DNA of 63,584 bases, the filler included, from Octopus bimaculoides (Eukaryota), in assembly GCF_001194135.2 (NCBI RefSeq). It is 6 parts of 6 records of this genome, joined end to end, with 100 filler letters (N's around TTAATTAATTAA, not from the genome) between each part and the next. Parts side by side here need not be neighbours in the genome. Positions count along the whole stretch, not along the records: positions 60,180 to 63,584 come from NW_026339218.1; 5 more parts are not named here. One strand, given 5' to 3'. A model generated the notes under the pieces. That model was not told where the DNA came from. It made no database searches and saw only the letters and a program-made list of their open reading frames with translations. This document shows positions 62,151 through 63,584 of the stretch, piece by piece; positions within the stretch are counted from its first letter, which is position 1, and every line of letters begins with the position of its first letter. The translations under genes and the position numbers were made by a program.

Positions 62151-63399
62151 NNNNNNNNNNNNNNNNNNNNNNNNNNNNNNNNNNNNNNNNNNNNNNNNNN
62201 NNNNNNNNNNNNNNNNNNNNNNNNNNNNNNNNNNNNNNNNNNNNNNNNNNNNNNNNNNNNNNNNNNNNNNNNNNNNNNNNNNNNNNNNNNNNNNNNNNNN
62301 NNNNNNNNNNNNNNNNNNNNNNNNNNNNNNNNNNNNNNNNNNNNNNNNNNNNNNNNNNNNNNNNNNNNNNNNNNNNNNNNNNNNNNNNNNNNNNNNNNNN
62401 NNNNNNNNNNNNNNNNNNNNNNNNNNNNNNNNNNNNNNNNNNNNNNNNNNNNNNNNNNNNNNNNNNNNNNNNNNNNNNNNNNNNNNNNNNNNNNNNNNNN
62501 NNNNNNNNNNNNNNNNNNNNNNNNNNNNNNNNNNNNNNNNNNNNNNNNNNNNNNNNNNNNNNNNNNNNNNNNNNNNNNNNNNNNNNNNNNNNNNNNNNNN
62601 NNNNNNNNNNNNNNNNNNNNNNNNNNNNNNNNNNNNNNNNNNNNNNNNNNNNNNNNNNNNNNNNNNNNNNNNNNNNNNNNNNNNNNNNNNNNNNNNNNNN
62701 NNNNNNNNNNNNNNNNGAAGCAACTTCTTCGAACCGTTCCCGCCAGAACGCAAAATGACCAATCACAGCCCTTAATAAGGTCACGTGGTAGTGTTTTTCT
62801 ACTACCGTCTTGGAGCCCCCTTAACGCTTTAAATAGAGCAACTCATACCCAGCAAATTTGTCTCGGTTCAGTTTCTCTTTGAGATCTGTTCCGTGTACCA
62901 CACGACAGCAGCAGCAGCGGCAGCCAGTGACACATCAACAGCTTCGTTCAACGATGACCACCAACGACGCCGCCACAACAGAATTACAGCCTACGACTAC
63001 TAACTAGCATCATCGTCATGACCAACACGATTCTACGATTACTACTAACCAGCATCAATCTCCACCAGCGTCTACACGACTTTCTATGTACACCCAACCA
63101 AACCACCGCGGCACATCTCTCTCTTCGATTCTGTTAGGTGACTTAGCTTCACCACGATAATAAACAGACAATAGATTTCAGCTAGCGACGAACATCTGTA
63201 TAACAAGAATCACGGCCTGGCATGGAAGCCAACATCACAACTAGTGATCGCACTGCCACACTCACAGCCTCAACTACTTTCACATACAGACTTTTCCTAT
63301 AGTNNNNNNNNNNTACATACATACATACATATATACATACATACATATATACATACATACATATATATATACATACATACATGTATGTGTGTATGTATT

Positions 63400-63584
63400 T
63401 ATGTGTCTGTTTGTCCCTCCACTATCGCTTCACAAACGATGTTGGTGTATTTACGTCTCCGTAACGTACCGGTTCGGCAAAAAGAGACCGATAGTATAAG
63501 TACTAGGATTACAAAGAATAAGTACTGCGGTTGATGTGTTCGACTAAAGGCGGTGCTCCAGTATGGCCGCAGTCGAATGACTGA
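63400..63584 (+). mobile_element. SINE family A, 3' half
   Basis: tgtctgtttgtccc...ggttcggcaaaaagagaccgatag...ggcggtgctccagtatggccgcagtc. Confidence 0.85.

Overview
AT-rich eukaryotic genomic DNA, dense in microsatellites and assembly gaps. The SINE and LINE families resemble those I recall from octopus (coleoid cephalopod); this is an inference, not a database result. The only convincing intact gene segment is five + strand exons (38575-47787) with canonical GT-AG sites and matching phases. They encode two complete and one half 6-cysteine (group A) SRCR domains; the flanking exons were not found. The rest is mostly decayed transposons: two Hsmar1-like mariners (one full length with TIRs), RTE, CR1, L1/Tx1, R4/Dong-like and Penelope fragments, Helitron pieces, MITEs and several tRNA-derived SINE families. 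Less ordinary signals include a well-formed type I hammerhead ribozyme (55958-56048) plus several degenerate hammerhead-like motifs, some in inverted pairs. One such pair forms a ~280-nt fold-back just upstream of an SRCR exon. There is also a ~2.5-kb block with no CpG seen by eye, near a CpG-erased SINE and an ENPP-like pseudogene fragment. Weaker signals are relics of an ankyrin-repeat exon and a possible two-pore K+ channel, and a 5'-damaged tRNA-Thr(CGT)-like sequence. No CRISPR or prokaryotic system is supported. All alignments were done by eye; TE boundaries are approximate unless TIRs or TSDs are given.
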